Shown here: positions 29,943 through 38,954 of the stretch, piece by piece | Layout: each line of letters starts with the position of its first letter | Numbering within the stretch: position 1 is the first letter of the stretch | NCBI GenBank assembly: GCA_963749495.1 | Contig: CAVVMW010000028.1 | Location: forward strand, 39,271 to 103,270 | Length of the DNA stretch: 64,000 nt | Source: an uncultured bacterium | Lineage (GTDB): Bacteria > Verrucomicrobiota > Verrucomicrobiia > Limisphaerales > UBA8199 | Reading direction: 5' to 3' | Notes under the pieces: model-generated | What the model saw: only the letters and a program-made list of their open reading frames with translations | The model's database searches: none | Told to the model about the DNA's origin: nothing | Translations under genes and position numbers: made by a program

Positions 29943-31427
29943 ATGCAAGCTCCTCACCAATGTTGCGGCTGCCTTTCCCGGCGGCATTGTCTTCAAATCA
30001 TCTCCACGGCGGCGGCCGGACTGGCCTTGAGCCCCGAGTTGTTCCCGGCCCTGGCAAAGTCCCGCAAGGTGGACCCGGACTTCGTCGACCCCAGCCGGTT
30101 CCGCCCCCGTCCCAAGGTCCGCCTGGACGCGGCCATCCTGCAACAACCGCGCCCCTATTGGCTGGGCTGGCCGGGAAAGTGCTACGATCTGGACCAGCAC
30201 CAGAAGGAATATCGGGCGTCGCTGGCCAACTCCTGCCAGCGCCTGGCCATCGAGCTGCACGAAGAGGACAAACCCATCGAGACCGAGGCCGCGTTCACCT
30301 CTTTCGCCAAGGCCGTTGGGGAGCGCAAGCCCGATGGCGTGGTGGTCATCCTTCAGCACATGAACTGCTGGAGTTGGGTCAATAGTCTGGCCAAGGAAGC
30401 CAGCGTGCCCCTCATTATTTTCGCTCCCATCGGCACTTCTTTCACCGGCCACGTTGCCGGCCTCGGGCGCCAGCGCGGTGTTTATTTGGTCTCCTCGCTC
30501 GAATGGTCCGCGGTCGAAGATGGCCTGCGGATGCTCCGCGCCAAGCGCATGTTCGAGGAAACCCGGCTGCTCTGGATCCTGGGCAAAGAGCACAACGAAA
30601 CCGTCCTGGACCGCCTCGGAACCAAGGTCCGCACCATCCCGCGCAACACCTTCAACGAACTGTTCGATAAAATGCCTGTCACTGAGGAAGTCAAAGACGT
30701 TGCCTCCACCTTCCGCAGTCACGCCAAACGCGTCGTCGAGCCCTCTTGGCAGGACAGTCTCAACTCCGCCCGCGTCTATACGACCACCAAGCGCCTGCTC
30801 TCCGACGAGCAGGCCAACGGCCTTTCGATGGACTGCCTGGGCATGGTCAGCGCTAAACTCATGCCCACCCCGCCCTGCGGCGCCTGGACCATGTTCCAGG
30901 ACATGGGCGTCACCTGCGGCTGCGAGGCCGACCTCTTCGGCGCCACCTCGCTCATGCTGACCAGTTACCTGCTGGACCGGCCGGGTTACATGAACGATCC
31001 GGTGGCCGAAACTGTCAAGAACCTGCTCGTTGCCGCGCACTGCGTTTCCGGCTCGCGCATCAGCGGTTTCCATGAGAAACCGGCCCCGTACATCCTGCGC
31101 AGCCATTCCGAGTCGGGCTTGGGTGTCTCGGTGCAGGTGTTATGGCCGGTGGGTCACGTGGTCTCGCTTGTCCGCTTCCAGAACCCCAATGAACTCATCA
31201 TCGATACCGGCACGGTCGTGAGCAACGTCAACACTCCCCCCGCCGGCGGTTGCCGCACCTCGGTCGAGATCAGGATGGACAACGTCGAGGACTGCCGCGA
31301 TGTGCTCGGCTTCCACCAGGTGGTCACGCTCGGCAACCATCGGCGCATTGTCGAGGACTTCTGCCAGCTCTACGGCATTAAAGTCATCCATTCCCCGGAA
31401 CATCCTGCGCGCGCGAAAGCGGCGTGA
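29943..31427 (+). CDS. Tat-signal L-fucose/L-arabinose isomerase-like protein
   Basis: SRRHCL twin-arginine motif; MDCLGM, PPCGAW, GCEADL, MNDP, AHC, GCRT, FHQVV. Confidence 0.65.
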   Translation: MQAPHQCCGCLSRRHCLQIISTAAAGLALSPELFPALAKSRKVDPDFVDPSRFRPRPKVRLDAAILQQPRPYWLGWPGKCYDLDQHQKEYRASLANSCQRLAIELHEEDKPIETEAAFTSFAKAVGERKPDGVVVILQHMNCWSWVNSLAKEASVPLIIFAPIGTSFTGHVAGLGRQRGVYLVSSLEWSAVEDGLRMLRAKRMFEETRLLWILGKEHNETVLDRLGTKVRTIPRNTFNELFDKMPVTEEVKDVASTFRSHAKRVVEPSWQDSLNSARVYTTTKRLLSDEQANGLSMDCLGMVSAKLMPTPPCGAWTMFQDMGVTCGCEADLFGATSLMLTSYLLDRPGYMNDPVAETVKNLLVAAHCVSGSRISGFHEKPAPYILRSHSESGLGVSVQVLWPVGHVVSLVRFQNPNELIIDTGTVVSNVNTPPAGGCRTSVEIRMDNVEDCRDVLGFHQVVTLGNHRRIVEDFCQLYGIKVIHSPEHPARAKAA

Positions 31428-31443
31428 AACGCGAAGGCCCGGA

Positions 31444-32586
31444 ATGAAAGCGCTCCATGCTTGCTGTGCCCGCTGGTTTTGCGCGCTGGCGCTGCTCGCC
31501 GCCGTTCAAGCGCCCGCCGAGGTCACTTTCACGTCACCGGGCCTGGCACCCACCCGTATGGACGACCAGGGCCGCCTGGTCGAGGATTGGGGCTCGCTTT
31601 CAGTCACGCTGTCCGGCGCCGGCCTGCCCGGGACTGCGCCCGTCACAGTGCAAGGCATCAAGCTGGACGGCCTCATCCCGGCAGCCCAGGCGCTGTCTCA
31701 GCACGGGACCGTTGGGCTCACGCTGACGGCGTTTCGCGCCCCCGTTTGGCCGGCCGGACTCGATGTCCTGACCGTGCGCCTGGTGGAAACCGCCGGACAG
31801 GAAACCCCGGTCCGGCTCTCGCTGGGCCTGCCGGAAGCCGCACGGTTCGGCTCCAAGACCGTTTCTCTCGGTGGCCGGACCGTCCTAAGTTTGCCCACCG
31901 GCACCTCAGTGTCCCAGGCCACGCGCGACTGGGGTTGGGCCGACGATGCTGTAGCGATGCCCGGGTGGGCCACGCCGGCGGTGGATTGCGACCCCGCCTT
32001 CCGGAACATTCGCGCCGGCATGGGCGGCGTTCCGATCCTCTACCGCTTCAAAGTGGACCCCAAGGCCAAAGTCAATGTCGTGCTCGGCTTCTGCGAAAGC
32101 TTCTGGGACCAAGCGGGCCAGCGCCCGGTCCTCTGCCAGGTCGAAGGCGCCCCGCAACAGGAAGTTGACCCGCTGGCGCGCTGGGGCCGGCACCAGCCCG
32201 GCGCCCTCCTGTTCGCCGCCAGCGATGCCAATGGCGACGGCATGCTGGATGTGGCCGTTCTGCCCAAGCCCGGCGCTCCGGATCAGAATCCCATTCTGAA
32301 CGCAATCTGGCTCTTCCCCGCGGAGACCCGCCCGAACCTGGAGCAGGTCATCGCCAGCAAGCTCAACACCACCGCCTTGCGCTACGTCCAGGTCGGCGGC
32401 GGCAACGACCAATCCCTCTACGCGGGCGGCCGTGTGGAATACGCCCTCACACTGCCGGCCCGCGCCACCCAGGAGCTGACATTCCTGGTGGCCTGCCCCG
32501 GCAGTTCGGTTCCCCCGCCCGACCAGAGCGCCTGGACGTTGGAGAAGTTGCGCCAATCCGCCGCCGCAGTCTGGCGCAATTGGTAG
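31444..32586 (+). CDS. secreted protein with malectin-like domain
   Basis: Signal peptide; YRFKV..VVLGFCESFWDQAGQR..PILNAIW. Confidence 0.6.
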   Translation: MKALHACCARWFCALALLAAVQAPAEVTFTSPGLAPTRMDDQGRLVEDWGSLSVTLSGAGLPGTAPVTVQGIKLDGLIPAAQALSQHGTVGLTLTAFRAPVWPAGLDVLTVRLVETAGQETPVRLSLGLPEAARFGSKTVSLGGRTVLSLPTGTSVSQATRDWGWADDAVAMPGWATPAVDCDPAFRNIRAGMGGVPILYRFKVDPKAKVNVVLGFCESFWDQAGQRPVLCQVEGAPQQEVDPLARWGRHQPGALLFAASDANGDGMLDVAVLPKPGAPDQNPILNAIWLFPAETRPNLEQVIASKLNTTALRYVQVGGGNDQSLYAGGRVEYALTLPARATQELTFLVACPGSSVPPPDQSAWTLEKLRQSAAAVWRNW

Positions 32587-32627
32587 CCCAGGTCTCGTCA
32601 CGAGGATTAGCCCAACGGTCGCTGGGA

Positions 32628-32752
32628 ACTCGCCAAGCCCCAGGCGTGGACCGGCCAGTTGGCCTTGGTGCGCGCCTCACCAAGGGTCCGAAAGAACTGC
32701 TTCCGGTCCTCAGCGTCGGCAAAGCTCGCCTGCCGGCGGGCCCCCGGTTCAT
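32628..32752 (-). pseudogene. N-terminal remnant of a Y1 (IS200/RAYT-like) tyrosine transposase
   Basis: With one frameshift reads MNRG-RRQASFADAEDRKQFFRTLGEARTKANWPVHAWGL, matching the Y1 N-terminus just before the HUH motif. Confidence 0.65.
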
Positions 32753-32869
32753 CCTAAAAACGGCAGTTGAAGGAGCTGGCCAAAGCCCCACGGGCCTGAT
32801 TCCCTTGGCCTATCCCACGTCAAGTAAGTCAAATCAGGGCTCCCCTCAGGGTGAGCGCGCCGGTGCGTC

Positions 32870-33137
32870 AGGGCCGAAGGCCTGCAATGTGAGAGCCTGG
32901 GCTGGAGCGAGTCCGACGAGCGGAGGCCCAGGTCAACCACCGTCGCGAAGGTCCCCAGCCCTGTAAGATTCACCCCTCATGTCCCAACCTCCGGCCGACA
33001 CCCTTGTTCGCCTCGTCTTCAGCACCAAAGCCCTCTTTCGCCCCTACAGGGCGGAGGAAACATCTCGTTCGCCCCTTACCTGGGGCTGCGCGCTGCGCGC
33101 TTCACCCCAGGCTTTCACATTGCGGGCCTTCGGCCCT
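32870..33137. repeat. REP-like element, uninterrupted relative of the IS4 copy 2 host element
   Basis: agggccgaaggcc...ggccttcggccct ends; contains cgCCCCTACAGGGc at 33041-33051. Confidence 0.82.
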
Positions 33138-33188
33138 CTCGTTTTCCTAGCGCTCTAACAAGGCCGTCGGCAATGAGCTTGGCCTGGC

Positions 33189-33704
33189 TTGCACTTGAGG
33201 GACGGTCCTGCGACCAGCCTCACCAAAGCCGTACTGGAGGAGTTCGCGCCGCGATTCCTATTCGAACCGGGAGTGGTGAGAGTGCTGCAACCGGGTAGCG
33301 CCACGGGGGTCTGCGGCCCGGATCTCTTTTCAGCACTAACTATCCCGACCAGCCGGCTGAGGCAGATGCCGGAGGTCGTCCTTGTAGATGCGTCGCCCAA
33401 GAAGTTTCGGATCGCATTTGTGGCGCTCGTCCCGGACAGCCGGCCAGCCCATGCGATCACCCCGGCACGCAAGAACGCCTTGTCCCAAGCAGCATCCGAG
33501 GGTGGCCTAACCGAATCTGCGATTTGCCTCGTCTCAGCCTTCTGCCGCCGCGATGGACCGGCCTTCCGTGCGGCGGCAGCCCACATATCATGGGGCACGT
33601 TCGCGTGGTTCGCTGATGAACCGGATAGGCTGCTCGCTTTCCGCGAGGGCCGCACCACCGAGTTGGCCTCACGGTTCGCCTACACCGGGACGAATCGGAC
33701 ATGA
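33189..33704 (+). CDS. degenerate BsuBI/PstI-type restriction endonuclease C-terminal domain
   Basis: TKAVLEEFAPRF, MPEVVLVD, LVSAF..R..AFR...ISWGTFAWFADEPD; start uncertain; no adjacent methyltransferase. Confidence 0.6.
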   Translation: MHLRDGPATSLTKAVLEEFAPRFLFEPGVVRVLQPGSATGVCGPDLFSALTIPTSRLRQMPEVVLVDASPKKFRIAFVALVPDSRPAHAITPARKNALSQAASEGGLTESAICLVSAFCRRDGPAFRAAAAHISWGTFAWFADEPDRLLAFREGRTTELASRFAYTGTNRT

Positions 33705-33778
33705 ACCAACCCCAAATTGCCCTTCCCGGTTCGATCTTCCTGTCGGCGGATGCAGCCAAAGCGTTGCGATGGATCGCT

Positions 33779-33964
33779 GTCCCGGAGGGACACATGAGAA
33801 TAGCCCTATGCTTCAGCATTGGGATGGCGTGCCCCGAAACGGCCCAGTCCCGAAGGGACGGGTGAGCGGCCCGCCATTTTCAGCCGTCCCTTCGGGACTG
33901 GACCGCCTCGGCCGCAGCACCCAACGCTGAAGCGTTGGGCTATTCTCAGGCATCCCTCCGGGAT
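33779..33964. repeat. REP-like element (GTCCCGNAGGGAC family)
   Basis: gtcccggagggac..gagaatagccc / gggctattctc..catccctccgggat with inner gtcccgaagggac and gtcccttcgggac. Confidence 0.8.
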
Positions 33965-34004
33965 GAAAACAAGCACCTCCGTGGCCGGCGGTATGCCCCT
34001 CTTT

Positions 34005-35294
34005 TTAGTCCTCCGTCGTCAGCGCCACGAGGAATGGGGCTGAATCCCCCTGGGTGGACACGAAGTCCACCGTCTCGATGAGCAGGTCCGGCTTGGGATT
34101 CTCGTAGGTCCGTTTGAAGAGTCGGAGAGAGGCGCCTGCCGCCTCCGTCACTGGGTTGGAGCCCGACCAGGCGATCGATGCCGACTTGGCCTCTTTGGGC
34201 TCGGAGTCGTTGGCCCACCAGTCCCGGACATCCACCCCATAAACGATGTTGAGCGTGGCCTGCTGGGCGCCGGCATAATGCAGCACGTATTTGCCCACCG
34301 GCATCCCGTCTTCCGAGCGCCACCCCGCCCCTTGCAGGAAATGCAGCCGCGCGCACTTGCGGCCCACCTTGATGCCGTTCTGCGCCTCCGCAAATGCCGC
34401 CCCGGCGTCCTCCGCCAGGCCCCCCGTGAGCTGGATCACGCCCCGCACGTCGAACTCGACTCCGCCCAGGTTCTGCACGCCCCGGGGCAGCGCGCCCAGG
34501 TGATTGGCCCCCGGCGGGAGCCCGTTCACCTCGGGGTGCCACTGCTCGGTGAGCGGCGCGGTGTACTTGCCGCTCAGATCGATGAGCTGCGGCGCCGCCT
34601 TCGAGTCTCGCGCCGGGATCTTGCTCAGGTCCGGACCCTTGATGGGCGGCGCCTCGCTGGAAATCTTCCGGGCGGGCTTGTCGCCGTCCTGGTGGAGGAC
34701 CAACCCGGTGACCTTCCCGCTCGAGTCCTTAACGAACGTCAACTGGGCATCCACCACACGGTAGAAGAACCTGGTCTCCGATTCCGGGAACACCTGGAAA
34801 CCCGGTTGCCCGGTGAGTTGGGCGCGCAGTTTATCCCCGTCGCGCCGGATGGTGAGGACTGTCCCCGGCTCCAGCTCGTATTGGCCCACCAGCGCATCGA
34901 AGAGCTTGGGGTCCACTTTGGCCGGCACGCGGTCCCTGGGCACCTCGCTCGAAATCTTCTGCGCCTCATGGTCCCCGTTCTGGTGCAGCACCAGTTGTGT
35001 CACCTTCCCGTCCTTGTCCTTCACGAACGTCAGCGAGGCGTTCGCGGTGGGCGAGTAGAATTCCGTCTCCGAGCGCGTCATGAGCCGTGTGCGCGGCTGC
35101 CCGGTGGCTTGGGCCGTGAGCCGCTCGCCCTCCTTCCGAATCGTCAGCACGAAGCCCGGCCCCAGCCCATACTGGCCCACGCAGCTCTCGAGGACCTTCG
35201 CCGGGACGCTCACGCTTGATTCCTGGGCGTGCAGCAGCGCACCCACACAAACCGCCGCTAAGATTCCAATGATCTTCAAAACCGCTTTCTTCAT
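34005..35294 (-). CDS. secreted protein with two DUF3471-like domains and a C-terminal beta-sandwich
   Basis: Repeated VGQY.L.PG.VLTIR.EG..L.AQ.TGQP...SET.F...A.LTFVKD..GKVT.LVLHQ. Confidence 0.72.
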   Translation of the reverse strand: MKKAVLKIIGILAAVCVGALLHAQESSVSVPAKVLESCVGQYGLGPGFVLTIRKEGERLTAQATGQPRTRLMTRSETEFYSPTANASLTFVKDKDGKVTQLVLHQNGDHEAQKISSEVPRDRVPAKVDPKLFDALVGQYELEPGTVLTIRRDGDKLRAQLTGQPGFQVFPESETRFFYRVVDAQLTFVKDSSGKVTGLVLHQDGDKPARKISSEAPPIKGPDLSKIPARDSKAAPQLIDLSGKYTAPLTEQWHPEVNGLPPGANHLGALPRGVQNLGGVEFDVRGVIQLTGGLAEDAGAAFAEAQNGIKVGRKCARLHFLQGAGWRSEDGMPVGKYVLHYAGAQQATLNIVYGVDVRDWWANDSEPKEAKSASIAWSGSNPVTEAAGASLRLFKRTYENPKPDLLIETVDFVSTQGDSAPFLVALTTED

Positions 35295-35449
35295 AGTTCC
35301 ATTCCGCTGCCCACCGGCACGCCCTCGGCCTGGCGCCCGAGGAAGTTCACAGCAAAAAAACGCCGCTCTCCCGCCGAGTCTGCCCGACATGCACCGGCGC
35401 CCGTCGGCCCTGTTTCCAATCCGAATACCCGGCAGCGCGCCCGAAAGTT

Positions 35450-36163
35450 TCACTTCCGCCTTTTCCTGCCCCTCCGCGGTGAGGCTGAGGTGCGCTCAAA
35501 AACAGCCGTTGCACAATGGGCGCACGCCGCTGCCACCACTTTCCAGTCATGCCATTTCGCAGCAAGATCCTTGTACTCCGTCAGCCTTGTTTCCTCCAAG
35601 TCATAGGGAAGGGGATTTGCCAGTTGAATCTGCAACTGCTGCAAGGCCGAGGCGTCGTTCGGCTGCGGATACAGGCTGTCAAAATTCTTCAACGCATCTG
35701 CGGTTTTTTCATCGCCCAACTGGTCCGCCAGCGCGACGAAATCCAGATAGTCCCGCGTCGCATTGCGTCTGAGAATGAGGGCGCTCTTGATTCGCAGGAT
35801 CTCCGGCTTCGTTGGGACAGTAATCGCCTGCCCGCTATATTCGACAACCAGGGTCTCGAGTGGCGCTTCACGAATCAACTGGCGGATGCCGGTTTCGATG
35901 CCATCCAAGCTCCCAAGTATCTGCACCGGCCGCTGAACGCGGGCGGTTTTCCATCCTGCGACAGATTCCAATTGCGCGAGGATTTGGTCGAAACGCTCCC
36001 GCAGACCCGTGAATACATGGTCCGCATCGCGCGAAAAACGGTGCCGGGCATGCAGCGCCGCGGCCGTTCCCCCGACCAACACCGCGCCGGGCAGTATTTG
36101 CTGCAGCCGGGCCGCCGCGGACAGGACCCGTTCCCACTCAGGCATCGGCTTGCTCTTTGACAT
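35450..36163 (-). CDS. nucleotidyltransferase-fold toxin (AbiEii-like)
   Basis: VLVGGTAAALHARHRFSRDADH; K..LILRRNATRDYLD. Confidence 0.75.
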   Translation of the reverse strand: MSKSKPMPEWERVLSAAARLQQILPGAVLVGGTAAALHARHRFSRDADHVFTGLRERFDQILAQLESVAGWKTARVQRPVQILGSLDGIETGIRQLIREAPLETLVVEYSGQAITVPTKPEILRIKSALILRRNATRDYLDFVALADQLGDEKTADALKNFDSLYPQPNDASALQQLQIQLANPLPYDLEETRLTEYKDLAAKWHDWKVVAAACAHCATAVFERTSASPRRGRKRRK

Positions 36164-36362
36164 AATGCACCCAGAAGTGATACCGTTGAGCCCGGGGATC
36201 CGCCACGTGAGCGCGACACACTCGCAGGACTTTCTCCAGAATGGTCCTGTCTGCCAAAACAGCTTCCCGCAACTCCGCCCAGTCTTGGCGGTTCCCGCGC
36301 GAGATCACGTCGTCCACCGCAGCGAGCGTCAGGCCCCGGTGGTTGAGATGGCGATGATCCAT
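36138..36362 (-). CDS. small putative antitoxin partner of the NTase
   Basis: MDHRHLNHRGLTLAAVDDVISRGNRQDW; overlaps the NTase start. Confidence 0.65.
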   Translation of the reverse strand: MDHRHLNHRGLTLAAVDDVISRGNRQDWAELREAVLADRTILEKVLRVCRAHVADPRAQRYHFWVHYVKEQADA

Positions 36363-36532
36363 GCTTGCGCGCGATTTCACCACAAAACCTGGCACTATTC
36401 CAGCCCATCCTGACAGCCTTGTCAACCTTTTGCGCCGCACTCTCCTGACACAGCCTCCTCGGCGTGAAAGGTATAAAAACAGTATAGAAAAAGCGCTTGC
36501 GCTTGAGGCCCAAAACACGGAGCCTCCAGCCT

Positions 36533-36802
36533 GTGCTCTTTGAATTCGACCCGGAAAAATCCAAGCGAACGAAGGCTGACCCCAATCGGCAGATCGATTT
36601 TGTCGAGGCGCAGCGGATATGGAACGATCCTGAACACGTCGAGATCCCGCTGCCCTTCACTGCCGAAACCCGCTGGGCGGTAATCGGCAAGATGAGGGGA
36701 AGGATCTGGACTGCCATCATCGCCAGGAGAGGCGACAACATCCGGATTATCTCGGTTCGCCGGGCGCACAAAAAAGAGGAGGCCCTCTATGAGCAAATCT
36801 AA
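36533..36802 (+). CDS. brnT: BrnT family toxin
   Basis: FEFDPEKSK...IDFVEAQRIWNDP...IRIISVRRA; start uncertain. Confidence 0.82.
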   Translation: MLFEFDPEKSKRTKADPNRQIDFVEAQRIWNDPEHVEIPLPFTAETRWAVIGKMRGRIWTAIIARRGDNIRIISVRRAHKKEEALYEQI

Positions 36803-37097
36803 AAACACAATAAACACAATAACGAGCCGCGACGGCAAGGAAACCATTTCGGCTGAAGAATTCGAAAAACTCTTTGAGCGGGGCGAGGATGTCTCGCGGT
36901 TTATGGACCTGGAGCATGCCCAACGCCCAGGGCGGGCGGCTCAGCGAGTGAATGTTGATTTTCCCAGGCCCTTTTTGGCGGAAATTGATCAAGAATCCAA
37001 ACGCATCGGCGTAACGCGCCAGGCATGGATTAAGACAGCGGTGGCTGATTACCTCGCGCGGCATAAACGGCCGGAAAAGAAAAAGGCGCCCGCCTGA
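36789..37097 (+). CDS. brnA: BrnA / CopG-like antitoxin
   Basis: ISAEEFEKLFERGED...RVNVDFP...IDQESKRIGVTRQAWIK. Confidence 0.82.
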   Translation: MSKSKNTINTITSRDGKETISAEEFEKLFERGEDVSRFMDLEHAQRPGRAAQRVNVDFPRPFLAEIDQESKRIGVTRQAWIKTAVADYLARHKRPEKKKAPA

Positions 37098-37147
37098 TAC
37101 TTGCGCCTTGGCCGCCGAGCAGGATCGGTCAATGTCACTCAACACCA

Positions 37148-37270
37148 CATGCCATCCGCCACCTGGACCCGGCTTGGCCCGGTGCCGGACACCTCACCCG
37201 GCCAGTTCCAATTCACCGACGCCGCCCCGGCCGATGCCCAGCGGTTTTATCGCGTGCGCTCGCCTTGGGC
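37148..37270 (+). pseudogene. isolated C-terminal tail of a surface protein
   Basis: TWTRLGPVPDTSPGQFQFTDAAPADAQRFYRVRSP resembles the tail of the 59636 protein. Confidence 0.5.
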
Positions 37271-37351
37271 AGAGAAGGCATTTCAGGCGACTCCCTCAAA
37301 TCTGCTCGCTTTTGCTATTGCCTTCTGCCGGCCACCGGTTGATGCTTAACC

Positions 37352-37537
37352 ATGAACAGTCTTCAACACCACGGAATTCACGAAGCTCATAAACAACTCC
37401 GTTTGCGAATGCAGCGGAGCGGTCTGTCATCCATAAGGGTCCAGGTCACTCGAAGGGCGGGGAAAATGAAGTTTCACTTCACCGGTCTGGATGAGGAGGT
37501 GACGAAAGCCAAAAAGATCCTCGCCGGCTGGAACTGA
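37352..37537 (+). CDS. small hypothetical protein
   Basis: 61-aa ORF with ATG start and plausible composition. Confidence 0.45.
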   Translation: MNSLQHHGIHEAHKQLRLRMQRSGLSSIRVQVTRRAGKMKFHFTGLDEEVTKAKKILAGWN

Positions 37538-38054
37538 TGTGAGCCTGTCATCTTCCAGCATACTTCGACGGGTTCCGTATCCGGTCGAGCCGTTCGGCTT
37601 CGAATTGGTGCTGCGTGCGCTGCTGGCGCCTTTGCTGAAGGGCGAGCGCGACTGTTTGTGGCAGCAGCCAGGCTTGTTTGACCAGTTCGACCGTTAACAC
37701 CCAGACAAATTTGAATACATACATAAAGTTCGTTCCGTCCAAACGAGGATCTTGCCTGGCTCGGTTGCCGGATTGACGTGTTCCATGTCCTTGGGTTCAG
37801 CTTGAACTGTGCCGCTGGGTGTTCCTCTTCGCGTACGTTGCCGTTCAACGCGTTAGGGATGTCGAAGGCCCAAGCGCGCGTTTCCTGAGCAGTGCATTCC
37901 ATGCACATTGCATGGCGGGCGGGACTGAAGCCGGGCAATTTGCGCGATTCGTTGATCGGGATGGCGGCCGTTGCACAGCCTGCCGGATGCGGATGCAATT
38001 GATCTTCAATGGGTTGCGAGTTGATGCAGATAGTCGGCACTTCGCCTGCTGGCT

Positions 38055-38909
38055 GTGCCCGCGGCGAGATGCTTACTGGTAAGCTGGCTTAAAGTATTTG
38101 GGTGGAAGGTCTCCGGCACCGGCAAAATCTTCGCCGGCCTGGGCTGCCCCAATGGCTGCGACTTCTGCTGCACCTCGCATTTTTTCTCGCGCAAGCACAT
38201 CCGGCTGCTGCCTGAGGGCAAGGACATCTACGCGGTCGCCGAACGTTACCTCGACATGAACCCGGAGCTGGTGTTGCTCATCATCGATGAGGATTTCCTG
38301 CTCAACAAGAAGCGGGCGATGGAGTTCCGCGACTGTGTGATGAAAGGCGGGAAGACCTTGTCCATCTTCGCGTTCTCGAGCGTCAAAGCCCTGAGCCAAT
38401 ATACGGTCGAGGAGATTCTGGAGATGGGCATTGACGGCTTTTGGATCGGATACGAAGGGACGCGCTCCGGCTACGCCAAGCAGCAAGGCCGGCCGATCCA
38501 AGACATCATCACCGAATTTCGCGAGCACGGCATCACGATTCTGACCTCCATGATCCTCGGGTTCGATTACCAGACCCCCGAGGTTGTGGCCCAGGAACTG
38601 GACGGGCTGATGCAGCTCAAACCGGCGCTGGCGCAGTTCCTGATCTACGGTCCGGTCCCCGGCACACCTTTTTACGAACGCGCCATGAAGGAAAACCTGT
38701 TGCAGGAGGCCTACGCCAAAGACAAGGACCTGTTCTACCGGCGGGGCGACGGATTCGCCACGATGATCAAACACCCGACACTCTCGCCCGAGGAAATCGA
38801 GGCTCTCCAGCGATGGTGTTTTAAAGAAGACTTCGAGAAAAACTGGCCGCCCACCGCTCCCGCATCCGGCTCATCCTGCCCAAGCTGGCGGCGGCCCATC
38901 CCGAGGTGA
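38055..38909 (+). pseudogene. radical SAM protein fragment (truncated at both ends)
   Basis: GCPNGCDFC CxxxCxxC motif, IIDEDF, WIGYEG, PVPGTP; N-terminal domain absent; coding register breaks after EDFEK. Confidence 0.72.
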
Positions 38910-38954
38910 TCCTGCTCGCCAGCATGTTCCACACCTATCAGGCCTGAAGCGGCT

